This document shows, one piece after another, positions 36,981 through 64,000 of a stretch of 64,000 nt of DNA. Origin of the DNA: the human T2T-CHM13v2.0 reference genome, Homo sapiens; assembly GCF_009914755.1 (NCBI RefSeq), contig NC_060931.1, one strand, 5' to 3'. The position numbers and the translations under genes are program-made. How positions within the stretch are numbered: the first letter of the stretch is position 1; each line of letters begins with the position of its first letter. The notes below the pieces were generated by a model. It ran no database searches. It was not told the origin of the DNA and was given only the letters and a program-made list of their open reading frames with translations.

Positions 36981-37179
36981 TCCCCCTCATGCTAGCCTAG
37001 TCCCTGGAGGAGGGAGTCCGGCCCCAGGCCAGGGACTAAGGAGCAATGACCATTGTGCACATGCGTGTGGGAAGGGGTTGCTAGGGGGTGGGGACGGCTA
37101 ACCAGGGTAAGAATGTTCAGGGGGCTGCCCAGGAGGGGCCCCCAACCTGACTATCATGGACAAGAGATTTGATGGATAG

Positions 37180-37185
37180 AATAAA
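37180..37185 (+). terminator. FBXO24 poly(A) signal
   Basis: AATAAA 200 nt after the stop. Confidence 0.75.
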
Positions 37186-37665
37186 AGGCTGCAGCGAGGC
37201 CTGGTGTGGAAGCCTTGGGGGCTGGGAGGGACAGGGGCAGGGATGGGGTGGGTGGGTGCCCGGCTTGGTGGGTGCAGGAGGGCAGGAGCCCAGGCAGGGG
37301 CAGGCAGCACAAGCAGCTCCAGGTCTCAGGTGCAGCAGAGCTGATGCTGCCTGAACCCTTCACATTGTTGTCCACTCCCTGCTCCCAAGAGCACACCTGG
37401 TCGTTTGGACTGGGAAGTTCTGGCCCTACCTTCTGGAACAACTCTATGCACAGATGCTCTTGGCTACCCCACTGGGATCCCCTGCCCACTAGACTTGTCC
37501 CCATCCTGAGGCAGCCTGTTCCTCCTGACCCCCGAAAGCTTCCCACCCATCTCCCTTCGGCCTGAAGCCAGCCCCCCTCCTCTCTCCCTTCTGTTTACCT
37601 CCCAGGTTTGGGCTCTATTTTCTACTCCTTCCACCTCTTCCTGAGTAACAAGGACACTCCCTTCA

Positions 37666-38134
<469 letters not shown>

Positions 38135-38537
38135 TCAGGCAGGGGGTGAGCAATGAGGGCTCCTGAGCTGAGGAAGCAGGGGCGGGGGGAGGATGGGGGC
38201 TAGGGAGTCCTCAGAAGTTCCCGGAGATACTCCCTCACTGGACAGAGTGGGGTTCCCGATGACGTTACTTGAGGCCTGGGAGACGGCCTCTGCCCCTCAC
38301 TGCTCCTCCCCCTCCTAAGGTCAACATTTATGTGTCCTAGACCTAGAGAGGTCCCAGGACACGCCACTGTCCCGCCTTCCCCATTGCCCGCCCCACTGGC
38401 CAGTCCCCACGCCCACACACCCAAGGCTGCCCCATCTGGCGCTGATTATCCTGCTGCTGCCGCCACCGCTGCTGCTGCTCTGCAAAATTCAGCTGCTGCC
38501 TCTGTCTTGAGGACCCCAGCGCCTTTCCCCCGGGGCC

Positions 38538-44184
<5,647 letters not shown>

Positions 44185-44233
44185 GACGCAGGCCAGCCCC
44201 GGCCCCTAGCCCTCAGGCCTTCTTTCTTATCCA

Positions 44234-44239
44234 AATAAA
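44234..44239 (+). terminator. PCOLCE poly(A) signal
   Basis: AATAAA 50 nt after the stop. Confidence 0.85.
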
Positions 44240-44365
44240 TGTTTCTTAATGAGGAATGGGTCAGATCTCCATGCTTATGGTATTGGGGTCCATCTTGAGG
44301 ATTTCTTTTCATTAATTAATTAACTCAACACATATTTACTATACAGAATAATCGTTTAAGAATGT

Positions 44366-48870
<4,505 letters not shown>

Positions 48871-48872
48871 GC

Positions 48873-51264
<2,392 letters not shown>

Positions 51265-51599
51265 GCTCCGTGCTCAACCCCCAGCCCACCCCACCCTCCC
51301 TGGGCAGGGTCTTGAGGCAGCCACTGTGATGCTCATACCTTACCTTGCCTCCTACCCTCTTCTCTTTCCTGCCTACTCCCCACTCCTCCCTGACAAAAAA
51401 CACCCAGGGATTTGTACTCATTTTCCAAGTTGAATAAAATACATTTTTAAAATGATAATCAGAAATGTAGGGTACTTGCCCCTGTCTTCCCACTTCTTTT
51501 TTGGTACTCAGACATCCTCTAGTTCTCCCACCCCTGTTCCCAGGGGACCCAGGCACTTGGGGCAGTGATGAGGCCCAGCGAGGATTTAGAAGAGTTAGG

Positions 51600-51730
51600 T
51601 CACTCCTGGTGCTTGCGCTGAAAAACTATGTGACCATGAGCAAATTATTTAATTTCTCTGAGCTGTAGATTCTACCTACAAAATGAGAGCATTGGGCAAG
51701 TTGATTCTCAAGATCCCCTTCAGCCCTGGA
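51600..51730. mobile_element. MIR fragment
   Basis: TATGTGACCATGAGCAAATTATTTAATTTCTCTGAGC...TACAAAATGAG resembles the MIR core. Confidence 0.6.
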
Positions 51731-51946
51731 ATAGGATCCTGTCCCTAAGCCAATGTATTAACCTAAAAAGAAATGAATGAAAATACCACCTAATCCTGCC
51801 TGCGGTGGAACTCCTGTCCCACCATCTGGAGGCAACAAAGCCTTTCACCAGGGTTACCTGGGTGTTTACAACCCCTAGAATCCTTTTCTGCCTTTTGGAC
51901 CCTATATCTGTTTTCCTGGGTCTTTCCTTTAAGACTTCAACTCCCT

Positions 51947-56238
<4,292 letters not shown>

Positions 56239-56244
56239 GATACC

Positions 56245-56302
56245 GAAGGCCCCTTCTCCAAAGACCACCTGCTTTATGGTGGTCTTTGGAGAAGGGGCCT
56301 TC
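56245..56302. repeat. Perfect inverted repeat with 25-bp arms and an 8-nt spacer
   Basis: GAAGGCCCCTTCTCCAAAGACCACC-TGCTTTAT-GGTGGTCTTTGGAGAAGGGGCCTTC. Confidence 0.95.
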
Positions 56303-56517
56303 AGTATTTCCTTAGGCATTTTCCTTGAGTGATAGAAACAGCTCGGTTTTCCCCGTGGAGACAGCATTCCTGTGTGCACCCTCTCTGGTCCCTTCTGCCC
56401 AATTCCCTAGGTCTCTAGGAAGGGATGATGGGATGGGATGGGCATGAGGGTGAGGAAGAAGCATGAAGGCGCTTATCAATAACAGATGTCAACAGGTGGC
56501 TTATTGATATCAGGTGG

Positions 56518-56523
56518 TTTATT
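56518..56523 (-). terminator. TFR2 poly(A) signal
   Basis: TTTATT on the + strand about 415 nt past the stop. Confidence 0.75.
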
Positions 56524-56937
56524 GATATTGAAACTCCACGCCCCTTTCACCACAGACCACCTGTTGGCCATAAGGCTATGGTGCCAGCGATCTCTCCCAC
56601 TAACAGAGCTGGCCAGGTCCCAGGGCCTAGCAAACCTCCCAGAGTGGTCTCTAGGTATGGAGGACCCCAGAAAGGGGAAGGGGCTGTGATTGAAGGGATG
56701 CTACTCTCTGATTAACCGACAGTATGACCGTCACATTAGGGTCAGCTACACTGCAGGGCTGGGGTGTGTGGATATCTGTGCTGGGGTCTGGGCTCCGTGG
56801 AGAGATGTGTAGGGGTAATGAGAAATTGATCAGCAATGAGAGGTGGACTCTGAGCCACCTCCCTGACCCTGAATCATTCAAGCGAGGAGCAGAGGAGCTC
56901 TTGACTGGGGGACGGGGATGTGAGGATCCCCAGGGCC

Positions 56938-63925
<6,988 letters not shown>

Positions 63926-64000
63926 TCAGGCTCTGCTCCTCCCCGCAACCTACTCCCCTTCACCCCCTATTCCTGGGGTGCTCTTGCCTGCTTCAGGACA

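Noticed and set aside
56735-56765. CAGUGU in the TFR2 3' UTR as a possible iron-responsive element
   Set aside because: The flanks (CCCUG / AGCUG) cannot form the 5-bp upper stem with bulged C, consistent with TFR2 being known to lack IREs.

Overview
Human genomic DNA, GC-rich and very Alu-dense. I recognise it from the translated exons as the 7q22.1 gene cluster. Gene order: 3' end of AGFG2 (+), IRS3P pseudogene (+), SAP25 (-), LRCH4 (-), FBXO24 (+, head-to-head with LRCH4), PCOLCE (+), MOSPD3 (+), and the last five exons of TFR2 (-). I built exon models by hand from GT-AG boundaries. They give open frames of 683 aa (LRCH4), 580 aa (FBXO24), 449 aa (PCOLCE), 235 aa (MOSPD3) and 199 aa (SAP25). 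Most ORFs in the supplied track are GC-rich or Alu-derived noise. Best leads: (1) a well-formed 75-nt in-frame, Trp-rich candidate cassette exon between the two CUB domains of PCOLCE; (2) eight GCAUG (RBFOX-type) motifs in the 400-nt LRCH4 last intron, which lies ahead of two competing terminal exons (membrane-anchored versus soluble); (3) a perfect 25-bp-arm hairpin just past the TFR2 poly(A) site; (4) an IRS3P remnant that keeps its CpG island, TATA box and a Kozak ATG in frame with a truncated PH domain; (5) a minor-spliceosome-like intron in FBXO24. No prokaryote-type systems are present. Gene names and repeat family names come from recall, not from a database search.
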